Shown: in pieces, positions 23,041 to 36,523 of the stretch | Position numbering within the stretch: position 1 is the stretch's first letter | Layout of the letters: each line of letters opens with the position of its first letter | From: Mustelus asterias | Taxonomy: Eukaryota | Reading direction: 5' to 3' | Length of the DNA: 64,000 nt | Assembly: GCF_964213995.1 (NCBI RefSeq) | Contig: NW_027590388.1 | Location: 124,001-188,000, forward strand | Notes under the pieces: model-generated | Told to the model about the DNA's origin: nothing | Seen by the model: the letters and a program-made list of their open reading frames with translations, nothing else | The model's database searches: none | Translations under genes and position numbers: made by a program

Positions 23041-23689
23041 GCAGTAATGTGGATAGGGCACAGTCTCACCCGCAGAGAATGTTGGGTAATCACCTCACCA
23101 TTCAAACCCATATTGTTCAATAGAAAATACGATTTGCGATCTGATTATGATTGGTACCATTGGGCCAAGGTTCAAATGTGTTACTTCAATTCATTTGGCA
23201 ACTAAGCAGCATAGGCCTTCCAGCACATTTCTGTCCTGGGTGTGATTGACAACATAACAATCACCTGCATTTAGATGTGAACTCGCTGGGGTGAACAAGT
23301 GATTTGTGCCCTCTTGGACAGAACAGTTAAACTATCCCTCGCCAATAAGAGGGGTAGTTAAAATGCTTTGAGCTTTTAAAGTTATAGATTGTTAACCACT
23401 GAGGAAATCCCTTTGCGAACGTTAAGTGTTTGAGTGGTCTTCCTCTGGTGTAATTGTGCTGTTCTATCGGTAAATGGGATGACTGAGTCAATTTTCACAT
23501 TCAGCTGGGAAATAATTTGTTGATGGTGGGATTTAATCCAAAGGTTTACAGCTTGGACGGGAATCTCAAAAATTGGGCAAAAAATGCTGGTCTTGCCAGC
23601 AATGCCCACACCCCACGAATTATTATTATTTTTAAACAGTTCCTTTTGAAGTGCTCTCCATCTCCCTGTCTCCTTCTTCCTCAAAGCAT

Positions 23690-24442
23690 CAAACTTAAGG
23701 GAAAAGCATATAGCTACACAGAGGTGAGTGACAGGTCAGATGATTGGCTGGAATATAAAGAACAGTAGAGAATTACTAAAAGGTTAATTGGAAGAAAAAT
23801 ATTAGAGTATGAGAGGAAGTTAGCTGTTAAAGTAAAAATGAATAGCAAGAGTTTCTAGAGGTATTCGAAAAGGAAAAGAGGAATAAGGTGAGTGTTGGCT
23901 CTCTGGAGAATGAGAATGGGGAGTAATAATAGATAATAAATGGCCAATGAAATAAACAAATCTTTCATAGAAATCATAGAAACCCTACAGTACAGAAAGA
24001 GGCCATTCGGCCCATCGAGTCTGCACCGACCACAATCCCACCCAGGCCCTACCCCCATATCCCTGTTTCTGTCTTCACTATAGAAAATACAAAACCAGCC
24101 AGTCCTCGCTGTAAATCAGGAGGTGGAAGGGGGAGAGGAACTAGGAGAAATTACAATGACGTGGGAAGCTGTACTGAGCAAACTGATGGAGCTGCGGCTG
24201 ACAAGTCTCTGGGTCACGATGGAATTCATCCTAGCATCTTAAGAAGGTGGTTAATGAGATAGTGACAGTAGATTTGTTGGTGTTAATTTTCCAAAGTTCC
24301 CTAGATTCTGGAGAGGTTCCATCAGACTGGAAAGTAGCAAATATAAGCCCTCCAATTCAAGAACGGATGGTGGCATAAGACAGGAAATCTAGGCCAGTTC
24401 GTTAGACATTTGTTGTGGGGAAGATGTTAGAATCAATCATTA
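23690..24442 (+). mobile_element. Old CR1 ORF2 fragment with a nested SINE tail (about 23967-24063)
   Basis: Degenerate DKSLGHDG..HP and PSDWKVANI motifs. Confidence 0.65.
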
Positions 24443-24597
24443 AGAACCTAAGAACATAAGAAATAGGAGCAGGAGTAGGCCATCTAGCCCCTCGAGCCTG
24501 CCCCGCCATTCAATAAGATCATGGCTGATCTGAAGTGGATCAGTTCCACTTACCCCCCTGATCCCCATAACCCTTAATTCCCTTACCGATCAGGAAT
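24443..24597 (-). mobile_element. 3' end of the young CR1 subfamily
   Basis: Near-identical to 18121-18275. Confidence 0.85.
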
Positions 24598-24776
24598 TCA
24601 CACAGGTGAGAGGCCATTTCAATGTTCTGACTGTAAGAAGAGCTTTAAAACCAGGACAAATTTGAGAAAACACCAGCGAGTCCATTCTGGGGAGAAGCCG
24701 TTCACCTGCCCTGTGTGTGGCAAAGGATTCAATCGTCCATCCAGCCGTCTGTCACACCAGAGAGTTCACATGTGAT
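24597..24776 (+). pseudogene. ZNF remnant (last two fingers plus family 3' UTR)
   Basis: [16 protein letters not shown]...[16 protein letters not shown]...HQRVHM*; the 5' part is missing at the CR1 junction. Confidence 0.8.
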
Positions 24777-25009
24777 TACCGAGGTTGGATTCTGCTGTTA
24801 TTGCACCCAGGACTGAACCATGTTCATTCTGACAGTTCAGGTTTATTTCAGTTGATATTAAACTCCAGTCCAGTTAAAGAGATGAATAGAATGAATATGA
24901 TTGCGTTAAATACAGTGTATGTGTCCTTGATTTTTCCATGATAAGAGGAGACTGACTGATGTCCTGTTATCGACTGTCCCATTGTTGGGTATTTTCTCCT
25001 TTGTTAATG

Positions 25010-25500
25010 GAAAACTTGTATTAATATAGCGCCTTTTGCAACTTCAGGGTGTCCCGAAGTGCTTTACAGCCAATGAAGTTCTTTTGAAGTGGAGTGCCTG
25101 CTGTAATGTCGGAAATGTAGCAGCCAGATTGTATACAACAGGCTCCAACAAACACAACTAAGATGCTGGAAACACTCAGCAGGTCAGGCAAACATCTGTG
25201 GGGAGAGAGAGAGAGAAATTTCAAAACAGAACTATGATTCTGACCAGATAGTCTGAGTGCTGATCACTGAGGGCTACGTATTGAGCAGTTCACCCGAAAG
25301 AACTTCCCTCTTCAAAATATCATAATGGGAACTTTTACCTCCTGCAGGAGCAGATGGGTTATAATTGAAGGTTTCCTCTGAAGGACAGCAGAGTATTCCC
25401 TCAGGAATGCACCAAAATACCAGCTGCATTTTATGATCAGGTTTTTGGAGGTGAAGTTGAATCCACATCCTCCTGACTCAGAATGGGAATGTAACACTAA
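25010..25500 (-). mobile_element. DeuSINE/SacSINE1-like SINE
   Basis: aagtgctttacagccaatgaagt...ttttgaagt...ctgtaatg...gcagcc is the reverse of the Deu-type 3' region seen at 45140-45240. Confidence 0.55.
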
Positions 25501-25934
25501 CACCTCATCATTAACCTCTGGATTATTTCAGCTCTCACATCTTTGGTTGGTCTCCTGAACACATTAACCCACTGGGCTCTTTGACAAAGCTAAGTGGATT
25601 CTTTGAGTTTTTATTAAGCAAATGGTGATGGTTTCCACGGTCACTTTGGTGGTGATATCACAGCAAGAGACCGAGAATTGTTTTAATGAATTCAAGAACT
25701 GACATCAAACGTCACAACATGGTGACAATTTGAATTAAAGGCTTTGCTTTTCAAAGACTGAGTCTTAACCATTCAGGCCACTTGTTGTCTTTCAAGGTAA
25801 AGTGCTTGAGATCAGGAGACATGGAAGTTACCTCCAAAATGATTGCAAACACTTCTCACTCTGATACAAAAGCACAATTTTAAAACCAACAAATCTGGGC
25901 ATAATTGTGATTGAAATTGATGAAATAAAGTGAA

Positions 25935-26275
25935 GGGGAGGAGATAGTATCGTGGTATTATAGCTAGACTATTAATCCAGACACTCAGCTAATGCTCTGG
26001 GGACCCGGGTTCGAATCCCGCCACTGCAGGTGGTGGAATTTGAATTCAATATAAAAAAATCAGGAATTAAGAGTCTGCTGATGATTGTGAAACCATTGTC
26101 GATTGTCAGAAAAACCCATGTGGTTCACTAATGTCCTTTAGGGAAGGAAATCTGCCATCATTACCTGGTCTGGCCTACATGTGACTCCAGAGCCACAGCA
26201 ACTGCTCTCGGGCAACTAGGGATGGACAATAAATGCTGGCCATCCAGCGACACCCGTGTCCCACCAATAAATAAA
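25935..26275 (+). mobile_element. Full-length tRNA-headed shark SINE
   Basis: B box gggttcgaatccc ~26008; body and aataaatgctggcc tail shared with the LINE end at 28543-28970. Confidence 0.75.
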
Positions 26276-26440
26276 AACAAGTTGCTATTTCACACATCCA
26301 AAGGGAGATTTCACTGAAGTTTGGGGGATTGTCAAATTTTCAAAACACAAACTGGCAACAAACAAGCTTGGATATTGGAAAAAAAGGTTTCCATTGGGGA
26401 AATAAATTGCAGATTAAGGAAACCTGTCATAACACTGGGA

Positions 26441-26636
26441 GTCCAAAGATGTGCGGGTTAGGTTGATTGGCCATGCTAAAATTGCCCCTTCGTGTCCTGG
26501 AATGCGTAGATTAGAGGGATTAGCGGGTAAAATATGTAGGGATATGGGAGCAGGGCCTGGGTGGGATTGTGGTCGGTGCAGACTCGATGGGCCGAATGGC
26601 CTCTTTCTGTGCTGTAGGGTTTCTATGATTCTATGA
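26441..26636 (+). mobile_element. HE1-like SINE 3' half
   Basis: Near-identical to the 3' half of 7397-7738. Confidence 0.8.
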
Positions 26637-27220
26637 GTTGAATTTGAGCTAATATTGAAATTTACAAAAAAAGTGGGTGACTTTTATATAAAACTATCTA
26701 AAATAACAAACAAATTGTGTTGCCACCTGGAATCAAATTGGCATGTTTGATTCCTGTTTTAAAGATATTACGAGAGTTGGACAGAAAAGTTTCTCCAGGC
26801 CACATGAATGAGATGGGATGGTAACTAATGGGATGTTCAAATGAGAGCAAGTGATTGAGGGTGAGAAATAGAGTGACGGGAAAATAACACACCACTGATT
26901 GGGAATTGAAATAACCCAATGTGGGTGCTGTTCAATGGAATATGGCAATGAGGTATTGATGTATATTTTAGTAAAGGGAAAGTCTAGATGCGACTAATAA
27001 AATGATGGCTCTCTTGGGGATGTTTATATCCTTGTGCATGAACTTTCACAGAGAATTGCATTTGATAAACTGGCCACTGCCAAAGATGTTGAAGAATGCA
27101 TGGGAAGACAAGCAAAGATCCTTACAGACATCTAGTGTGACTAGGTAGTAAGTTTCAGAAGAAATTATTCATATTCAGACCAGTTACATTTTATGTTTAC
27201 TTAAGTAAACTTTACTTTTG

Positions 27221-27530
27221 GGGTGGTACGGTGGCACAGTGGTTATCATTGCTGCCTCATAGCGCCAGGGATCCATGTTCGATTCTGGCCTTGGGTGACT
27301 GTGTAGAGTTTGCACATTCTCCCCGTGTCTGTGTGGGTTTGCGGTTTCCTCCCACAATCCAAAGATGTGCGGGTTAGGTTGATTGGCTATGCTAAATTGC
27401 CCCTTAGTGTCAGGGGGATTAGCAGAGTAAATATGTGGAGTTACAGGGATAGGGCTCAGGTGTGATTGTTGTCAGCGCAGGCTCGATGGGCCAGATGGCC
27501 TCCTTCTGCCCTGTAGGAATTCAGTGATCC
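27221..27530 (+). mobile_element. HE1/V-SINE-type SINE
   Basis: ggtggcacagtggttatcattgctgcc head; gagtttgcacattctccccgtgtctg V-domain. Confidence 0.8.
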
Positions 27531-28542
27531 TGAAAAAGACATTTAGTGTCCAGTGATTAACCATTTGTATTAATCAGTGAACTGTATTAATTAGTCACCA
27601 GTCAGAAACAAATTATCAAAAAAAAGTGAGCCTCAATTAATTATCATTGAAAACTTAATGATCTATTAATAGTTTTTCAGTTAAATGTTAGTTTCAAAAT
27701 GGCTTCATTGATCTTGTTAGCTTACTTCATAGAATAGAATCATAGAAGCCCTACATGCAGGAGGCCATTCAGCCCATCGAGGTTGCACTGACAACAATCC
27801 CACCTGTGCCCTATCCCCATAGCCCTATCCCTGTAACCACAATATTAATAGTTATATTAAAAGCCTGGTATATTCTTATAATTCTGTAAGCCAGTTTTAA
27901 ATTGCATACCACAATTTCTGTAAGAAGGAATGTGTGATCTGATGAGATGATTAACAACGAGTCCTTTGCGGCCTGGGTTAAACTGATTTGGAGCCGAAAG
28001 GTTACACAATGAATAGAAGGCTTGCCCAGGATCAGATAGGAGGGATGCACTGAACAGTCCCATTCTATCTCTATCTGAGACAGTTAACCAAATCATTCAA
28101 AATCACTTGAATCGATTCAATAATGAAATCAACCAACCATTGCATTCTACCCAGTTTATTCGAGTTGAGGTAAGAGCCATTGAAGGATTTAAATCTTGAG
28201 GATTCGAATTTTTAAATCCCTCGAGTTGCTGGCCAAGGACTGGAAGCCCCAAAGCACGATTCTCATCAGAATTGTTGTCAATCAAGGGGTACACAAGGAA
28301 TTATGCTTTTACAGTCTGATCAACCAAGAGAAATGGTAAAAGTCTGTTCTGTATTGATAAATGTATCTTTTTCCTTCTGTATTGATAAGTATTTGCCTTT
28401 TAAATAAATTTATTTCAATTTACCATCTGAGATTCTTGTCTTACCCAGTGGTTAAGTCTTGTTCAAACTAAAACAATTGAATGAACAATTGACAAGCTCT
28501 GATGGATTGGGTTGATTGTCACTCGCCTTAAATAAATTATAA

Positions 28543-28975
28543 GCTGGACACCATCCAGGACAAAGCAGCCCCGCTGGCATCCCATCCACAAACATTCACC
28601 CCCTTCACCATCGATGAACAGTGGTAGCAGTGTGTACCATCCGTAAGATGCACTGCAGTAACTCATCAAGGTTCCTTAGGCAGCACCTTCCAACCCACTA
28701 CCATTTAGAAGGACAAGAGCAGCAGAAACATGAGAACACCACCACCTAGAAGTTCCCCTCCAAGTCACTCACCATCCTGACTTGGAAATATATCACTATT
28801 CCTTCACTGTCGCTGGGTCAAAATCCTGCAATTCCCTCCCTAACAGCACTGTGGGGGTACCTACACCTCAGGGACTGCAGCAATTCAACAAGGTAGCTCA
28901 CTATTACCTTCTAAACGGCATCTAAGGATGGACAATAAATGCTGGCCGAGCCACATCACATGAATAAAAAAAAAA
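28543..28975 (+). mobile_element. LINE 3' end (CR1-clade-like)
   Basis: LDTIQDKAA-like start, SWNSLP-like motif, aataaatgctggcc and A-rich tail. Confidence 0.6.
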
Positions 28976-29554
28976 GAAATTGTTAACGTGAAAAGTAATT
29001 TTTTTTAAAAATCATCAATGTGTTGACACTTACTCCACAGAGAAACTGACTTTAAAACACCCAGGACGGAACTAAAATCATTGGTTCTGGTCAACAGGAG
29101 TAAAATTGAAATAAAGGAATTGAGTTTGGACAACTGGAGACTAGGAATAAATATTCCTGAATGAGAATTATCCTCAAGATAGATACAGGTGAAGGGAGAG
29201 CTGGTGAATTTTTAAAGTCCAAGCATGATCTGTCACTTTAATGGTATGTATTTATTTGCTAATAATTTAGAATTAACGGCACTCCTGAGGATAAGGAAAA
29301 TCAGAGAGTGTTGTGCGGAGTGCCAATCTCCACACAAAATGACCATCTTTGAAAAAGTTAAAAACAGGCTCCTGAGAGGGAAAAAAATACTCTGGAATTT
29401 TTTTTTAAGTGATCCACACTGCGTGGCCTCTGTCAGGCAGGAGACAACCTGGGAAGAATTTCCTAACACTTCAATTCAGAAGGAGCTGGCTCTGCCAACC
29501 ATCAACAACAGAAACAATCACTCATCCTGTCGGATCAGGAAACCAGAGTAGAAA

Positions 29555-29845
29555 TGTCAGTTACCAGGGGACATAGGTTTAAGGTAAAGGGGGGAAAGTT
29601 TAAAGGAGATGTGAGAGGCAAGTGTTTCACACAGAGGATGTAAATGCCTGGAATGCGCTACCAGAGGAGGTGGTAGACGCAGAATGTTTAATAGGCATCT
29701 TGACAGATTCATGAATAGGCAGGGAATAGAAGGGTATGGACCACATAGAGGCAAAGGGTCTTTAGTTCAGGAAGGCATCATGTGTCAGCATAGGCTAAGT
29801 GGGCCAAAGGCCTGTTCCTGTGCTGTAATGTTCTTTGCTCTCCTT
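29555..29845 (+). mobile_element. CR1 3' fragment
   Basis: TRGHRFKVKGGKFKGDVRG...FTQR translation; gggccaaaggcctgttcctgtgctg 3' UTR. Confidence 0.8.
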
Positions 29846-30077
29846 TCACAGCTCGTATGTTTCTGCTGATCTATTTTGTTCATACATGATATTTAAACGG
29901 CTGCCTCTTCATAAACTACTTTAAAATTATGTCAGCGTAATCTCCCTTATCCCCCACCTCACTTTGTGGATAACCTGTGACTCCCAAAACCAAACCTTAA
30001 CAGTTCCAGCTCTTGATAACTTCCAGAGTGTCTCTTTGAGCCTTGGTATTCAGGGATGGTATTAGTAACAATGGCCT

Positions 30078-30570
30078 TGGGAGTGTTTGATGGGGTCATA
30101 TATGTATAGAAGAGGATTTATTCTGTATCTAACTCCGTGCTGTATATTTCCTGGGGATATTTGGGGAAGAGAGTGTAAGGGGAGCTTTACTCTGTATCTA
30201 ACCTTGTGCTGTATCTGTCCTGGGAGTGTTTGATGGGGACAGTACAACGGGAGCTTTATTCTGCAACCCCGTGCTGTACCTATCTGGGAGTGTTTCATGG
30301 GGACAGTGTAGCGGGAGCTTTACTCTGTATCTAACCCCATGCTGTACCTGTCCTGTGAGTGTTTGATGGAAACAGTGTAGAGGGAACTTTTCTCTGTATC
30401 TTACTCCATGCTGTCCTGGGAATGTTTGATGGGGACAGTGTAAAAGGAGCTTTATTCTGTATCTAACCCCATGCTGTACGTGCCCTGGCAGTTTTGATGG
30501 AGTCAGTGTAGAAAGGGATTTAATCAGTATCTAACCCCGTGCTGTATGTTTCCTGGGATTGTTTGATGGC
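30078..30570. repeat. Degenerate ~69-bp tandem repeat, about 7 copies
   Basis: Consensus ctgggagtgtttgatggggacagtgtagagggagctttactctgtatctaaccccgtgctgtacctgtc; recognised as a repeat common in elasmobranch genomes. Confidence 0.85.
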
Positions 30571-31512
30571 CCCGCAAAATGACACTGCGCATGCTTCTGA
30601 TCGAATCCAGTTCTGCGCATGTTCACTGCTCTCTTGTAGCATGAATAGGGCATATTCATATCCGCACGGCATGGTGGGTAACAGCAGCGCCATTGTGACT
30701 TGAAACTGGGAATAGGAATCCCAAAAGAACAGGGAGCAGTGATTATAAAAACCAGGGAATTAACAGAAAAGTCCCAGGAAGACTGAAGTCAAAGAGACAA
30801 AAGGAACTGGAAACTGAGCAATGTACTTACTGTTCCCTGAAGTTAAAGACAAAGAGAAAGGCTCCCAGTTAAAGTCAGAGCTGACAGGTGCAGACTTGGT
30901 GAAGTTGACTCGGGAGAAGCCAGATATCTGAAGCAATCCTAAGGTTGATGATATCTTAATACAGCCTGTGAAGCAGTGATCTTCCGTTAGCATGGCTGAA
31001 TGATTGTGTGGAAGCTTGATTGCACGTGGCAATCCAAGGCATGTCTTTTCGAGTGTTGAGTTTGCAAACATTTGTTTGGAAGCTGCAGTTCCAATGAAAC
31101 CAGTTGGCTCACAATGTGATCATCATCTGGGGGAAATTCAATGAGAAATCCACAGAAGATGTATTTGGTGGTGTCTGCCACTTGGTATGAGAGTGTGATG
31201 TATCTGACCACAGTCAGAGCTCACAGGTGCAGACTTGGTGAAGTCTATCCAAGCTTTGTAAAAAAAGGAAACAAGTAGCCAGAGTAAATCTTGGTCCCTT
31301 AGCCAGAGGAAGCTCACTTCAAAAGCAACTAACTTGTGTGAAGAAATATTAAAAACATTTGCCACATTTTGTTTCACACAAAACGGATTTAGTTTAATTT
31401 TATCCAGAACAGTAACACCTATTTCCGAGCTGCAGTTTATGAACACCAGCAGAATGGAACCCCAATGAATGTTGTTCTGGGTGTGATTAACAGCAAACTT
31501 TAACTCCTGCCT

Positions 31513-32797
31513 TCACTTATGAATTCGCTGATGCGTCAGCAGGTTGGATTTCCGAGTAAATCCCTTCCCACACTTGGAGCAGGTGAATGGTTTCTCCCCA
31601 GTGTGAACTCGCTGGTGTTCAATTAGTATCGACGATCGACTGAACCCAGTCCCACATTGAGAGCACATGAATGGCCTCTCGTCAGTGTGAACACGTTGGT
31701 GGGACCTCAGATCTCCAGATCGTTTGTAGCACTTCCCACAGTCTGGGCATTTGAAAGGTCTCTCCTCAGTGTGAACCCGCTGGTGAGCCATGAGTTGGGA
31801 GGACTGAGTGAATCCCTTCCCACAATTGGAGCAGGTGAACGGTCTCTCCCCAGTGTGAATTCGCTGGTGTTCAGTGAGATGGGATGATTGCCTGAATCCA
31901 ATTGCACAGTGAGAGCACCTGAACGGTCTCTTGTCAGTGTGAACATGCTGATGGGATTTCAGTTCTCCAGAACTTTTATAGTAATTCCCACAGTCTGGGC
32001 ACTTGAAAGGTCTCTCTCCAGAGTGAACCCGCTGGTGCACCATGAGTTGGGATGACCGACTAAATCCCTTCCCACACTCCGTGCAGGTGAATGGCCTTTT
32101 CCCAGTGTGAATTCGCTGGTGTACAGTGAGTTGAGATGATTGCCTGAACCCAGTCCCGCAGTGAGAGCACCTGAACGGTCTCTCCTCAGTGTGAACGCGT
32201 TGGTGGTACGTCAGTTCCCAGGAGCTTTTATAGCCCTTTCCACATTCTGAACAGTAAAAAGGTCGTTCCTCAGTGTGAACTTGCTGATGGCGTGTCAGTT
32301 CCCGGGAACTTTTAAAGCACTTCCCACATGCTGGACATTTAAAAGGTCTCTTGTCAGTGTGATAGCAGGTTGCTTGTGTGAATGAATCCCTTCCCACACT
32401 GGGAGCAGGTGAATGGCCTCTCCCCGGTGTGAACTCTCTGGTGTACCAGCAGATTGGATGACTGAGTGAATCCCTTCCCACATTTGGAGCAGGTGAATGG
32501 TCTCTCTCCAGTGTGAACTTGCCGGTGTCTCAGCAGGTTGAACGACTGAGTGAATCCTTTCCCACACACAGAGCAGGTGAACGGCCTCTCCCCAGCATGA
32601 ACTCGCTGGTGAATTTCCAGTTCAGATGGGGAATAGAATCCTTCCTCGCAGTCCCCACATTTCAACGGCTTCTCTTCAGTGTGACGGCACTTGTGGTTCG
32701 TGGGGTCAGATGATTCATACACAGAACACGCGTACAGATTCTCCCCACTGCAATCGATGCTTTTTTCTTCCATGTTCAAAATCCAATCATGATACAA
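31513..32797 (-). pseudogene. Frameshifted C2H2 ZNF gene, about 14 fingers (ZNF-6)
   Basis: ORFs 32354-32797 and 31513-32481 are consecutive parts of one array broken in finger 4 near 32360; acceptor tttcacag|g near 32885. Confidence 0.85.
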
Positions 32798-33032
32798 TGG
32801 TCACAATAAATTGGGCGACTCCATCAGATCCTGATGTGATGTTCGCTTTGTGTTTCCCGACTGAAAATCCTCCTCTTCTAAAACCCTGTGAAACTGATTT
32901 AAATGGAAAAAAGGCAGTGAGCGCGAACCCACAGAAACACAAAGGCAGGTTGTGAAATTGAGCTGAATGAATCTGGTCATTTGTGGGGCCGGCACTGGGA
33001 AAAAGTTACCATGGAAACTGCCGGATTGTCAT

Positions 33033-33310
33033 TGGGCGGCACGGGGGCACAGTGATCAGCTCTGCTGCCTCACAGCGCCAGGGACCCGTGTTTGATTCCC
33101 AGCTTGGGTCACTGTCTGTGTGGAGTTTGTACGCTCTCCCTGTGTCTGCGTGGGTTTCCTCCGGGTGCTCTGGTTTCCTCCCACAGTCCGAAAGACATGC
33201 TGCTTAGTTGCATTGACCCGAACAGGTGCTGGATTGTGGCAACTAGGGGAATTTCACAGCAACTTCATTGATGTGTTAATGTAAGCCTACTTGTGACTAA
33301 TAAATTTTTA
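33033..33310 (+). mobile_element. V-SINE-type SINE
   Basis: gggcggcacgggggcacagtg head; gggtttcctccgggtgctctggtttcctcccacagtcc V-domain; aataaa tail. Confidence 0.8.
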
Positions 33311-33589
33311 ACTTTAAAAAAACCCACCTGATTCACTAATGTCCTTCAGGGAAGGAAACCTGCTCCCTGGTCAGGGGCGACACAAGACTCTGGACAATCT
33401 GGGAGAAGAGATCGAGGGGGAAGAGGCAGAGAGACAGAAGTAGGAGAGGGTGAGACAGAATTGGGCAGCACAGGAAAAAAGGAATTTCAAATATTTCAAA
33501 CTCCCACAACCTCCACCACCTCGATGGAGCAATGAAGCAGGCGTATGGGAACACCATCATCTCCAAGTTCCTTTTCAACTCACACACCA

Positions 33590-34160
33590 TCCTGACGTGT
33601 CTGACATCCAGTACTGGATGAACAGAAACTTCCTCCAATTGAATATTAAGAACAAAGCCGTTGTCTTCAGTCCTCACAACAGACTCCACTCTCTCTCCCT
33701 GGCAACTGTCTGAGGCTGAACCAGACTTCTCACAACCTCAGTGTCCTGGCTCATCCCAAACTGAGCTTCCAGCCACATATCCTCACCATCACCCAGAATG
33801 TCTATTTCCACCTCAGTAACATCGCCCGAGTCTCAAATCATCTTGTTCAGAAACTCTCATCCATTCCTTTGTTACCTCTGGACTTAACTATCCCAGAGCA
33901 CTCTTTGCTGGCCTCCCGCATTCAGCCTCCCTGCAATCCTGAGGTCATCCAAAACTCTGCTGTCTGTGTAATTATTCAAGACTTGTTCACCCATCACCCC
34001 TGTGCTCACTGACCTATAAAGGTTCCTGTTTAAGAACCACTAACATTTTAAAACTCCCGTTCTTGTTTCCAAATTTCTCCATGACTGCGACCACTCCTCT
34101 CTCTGTAATATCCTTCAGTCACACAATTCTCCATCATCGATGCTCTCCCCTAATTCCAGC
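33590..34160 (+). mobile_element. Degenerate L2 LINE fragment
   Basis: SDIQYWMNRNFLQLN translation and HITP.L-like downstream motifs. Confidence 0.6.
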
Positions 34161-34700
34161 CTCTCTTCAGTGTGAACATATTGATGGGATGTCAGTTCCT
34201 GGGAACTTTTATAGCACTTCCCACAGTCTGGGCATTTAAAAGGTCTCTCGTCAGTGTGAACTCGCTGTTGTGTCATGGGTAATGATGACTGAGTGAATTG
34301 TTTCCCACATACAGAGCAGGTGAATGGCCTCTCCCCCAGGTGAAGCTGCTGGTGTTTCAACAGGTTGTTTGACTTATTGAATCACAACCCACACTCAGAG
34401 CCAGTTCACAGCCTCTCCCTTGTGTGACTGCGTTGCTGAGTTTCCAGTTTAGACGGTAACTGAAGGCCTTCTCACAGTCCTCATGTTTCCACAGTTTTCC
34501 CCGGTGTGATAGTGTCTCGACAGGTTAGATGATTGGTTGAAGCCTCATCCACACATAGAACATGTGTACGGTTTTTCCCCACTGTGAACAGTGCTTTTTC
34601 CTTCAATGTTCAAAATCCCATAATTTGGACAACTCCATCTGATGTGAATGTTTGGTTTGAGTTTCCTGACTACATATCCTCCTCTTTCAATACCTCATGA
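34157..34700 (-). pseudogene. Degraded ZNF pseudogene (ZNF-7)
   Basis: [14 protein letters not shown]...[22 protein letters not shown]...; upstream fingers have indels; the 3' end abuts the L2 fragment. Confidence 0.8.
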
Positions 34701-35344
34701 AATTAATTTAAAACAGAGAAAAGGGAGTGAGAGAGTGCCCACAAAAACACAAAGGCAGGTTATGAAATTGAGCTGAATGAATCTGGTAATCTGTGGGGTC
34801 GACACGAGGAAAAAGTGACCATGGAAGCTCCTGGATTGTCACAAAAACCCAACTGGTTCACTAATGTCCTTTAGGGAAGGGAACTTACCACCCAGTCTGG
34901 GCCTACACAAGACTCTGGCCTCTATGGGAGGGGAGAGAGGTGAAAGAGGCAGGAACAAAGGAGGTGATTTTCTACTTTGAATTCTAAAACTTTGACAAAA
35001 TTCTCCAAACCTTCAACTTCCACACCAAGGAGGACCAGGTGTATGCGAACAGCATAATCTCCAAATTCCCCTCCAACTCGCACACTGTCCTGCCCTGTCC
35101 GATATCCAGTACTGAATGAACAGCAATGTGCTCCATTTAACTACTGGGAAGAAGAAAACCATTGTTTCTCTTCAGTCCCCGCTACAAACTCCACTCCCAA
35201 ACTACTGACTCCATCCTTTTCCCTGACAACTGTCTGAGACTGAACCGGACTGTTCCCAGCCTCAATAACAGCTTTCACTCTAAACTGAGCTCCTGACCTC
35301 ATATCTGAATAATCACCAAGACTGCCAATTTCCATCTCAGTACA

Positions 35345-36060
35345 AAGATCAAAGAACAAAGAACATTACAACACAGGGACAGGCCCTTCGGCCCTCCAAG
35401 CCTGCACCAACCATGCTGCCCGACTGAACTAAAACCCCCTACCCTTCTGGGGACCATATCCCTCTATTCCCATCCTATTCATGTACTTGTCAAGATGCCC
35501 CTTAAAAGTCACTACCGCTTCCACTACCTCCCCTGGCAACGAGTTCCAGGCACCCACTACTCTCTGTGTAAAAAGTCTGCCTCGTACATCTCCCTTAAAC
35601 CTCGCCCCTCGCACCTTAAACCTATGCCCCCCAGTAATTGACTCTTCCATCCTGGGAAAAAGCTTCTGACTATCCACTCTGTCCATGCTTCTCATAATCT
35701 TGTGGACTTCTATCAGGTCTCCCCTCAACCTCCTTCGCTCCAGTGAGAACAAACCAAGTTTCTCCAACCTCTCCTCATAGCTAATGCCCTCCATACCAGG
35801 CAACATCCTGGTAAATCTTTTCTGTACCCTCTCCAAAGCCTCCACATCCTTCTGGTAATGTGGCGATCAGAATTGAACACTATATTCCAAGTGCGGCCTA
35901 ACTAAGGTTCTATAAAGCATCAACATGAGTTGCCAATTTTTAAACTCAATGCCCCGGCCGATGAAGGCAAGCATGTCATATGCCTTCTTGACTAGTTTCT
36001 CCACCTCCATTGCCACTTTCAGAGACCTGTGTACCTGACTTTCAGTGACCTGTGTACCTG
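35345..36060 (-). mobile_element. CR1 3' fragment
   Basis: ALERVQKRFTRMLPG...TQRVVGAWNSLP; same subfamily as 20440-21200. Confidence 0.9.
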
Positions 36061-36189
36061 ACCTGAGTAACATCACCTGACTCTGTCCTTAGACATGATG
36101 TGTAGTTGCCGGCGTTGGACTGGGGTGAACACAGTAAGAAGTCTCACAACACCAGGTTAAAGTCCAACAGGTTTATTTGGTAGCAAATA

Positions 36190-36226
36190 CCATTAGCTTT
36201 CGGAGCGCTGCTCCTTCGTCAGATGG
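36190..36226 (-). ncRNA. Minimal type I hammerhead ribozyme motif
   Basis: ccat-CTGACGA-a-ggagc/agc/gctcc-GAAA-gc-ta-atgg; perfect stems I and II, CUA cleavage triplet. Confidence 0.75.
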
Positions 36227-36523
36227 AGTGGAAATGTGCTCTCAAACAGGGCACAGAGACACAAAAAACAAGTTACAGAATACTGATTAGAATGCGAATC
36301 CCTACAACCAGCCAGATCTTAAAGATACAGACAATGTGGGTGGAGGGAGCATTAAGCACAGGTTAAAGAGATGTGTATTGTCTCCAGACAGGACAGCCTG
36401 CAAGTCCAGGAGGCAAGCTGTGGGGGTTACTGATAATGTGACATAAATCCAACGTCCCGGTTTAGGCCGTCCTCATGTGTGCGGAACTTGGCTATCAGTT
36501 TCTGCTCAGCGATTCTGCGCTGT

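Noticed and set aside
30575-30700. NRF1-like motifs (ctgcgcatg twice) as a promoter
   Set aside because: Weak CpG content and no associated exon; may be a decayed promoter but not supportable.
30720-31330. Possible LTR remnant with a 33-bp direct repeat (agtcagagct.acaggtgcagacttggtgaagt at ~30873 and ~31211)
   Set aside because: No TG...CA termini, PBS, PPT or TSD identified; cannot be supported.
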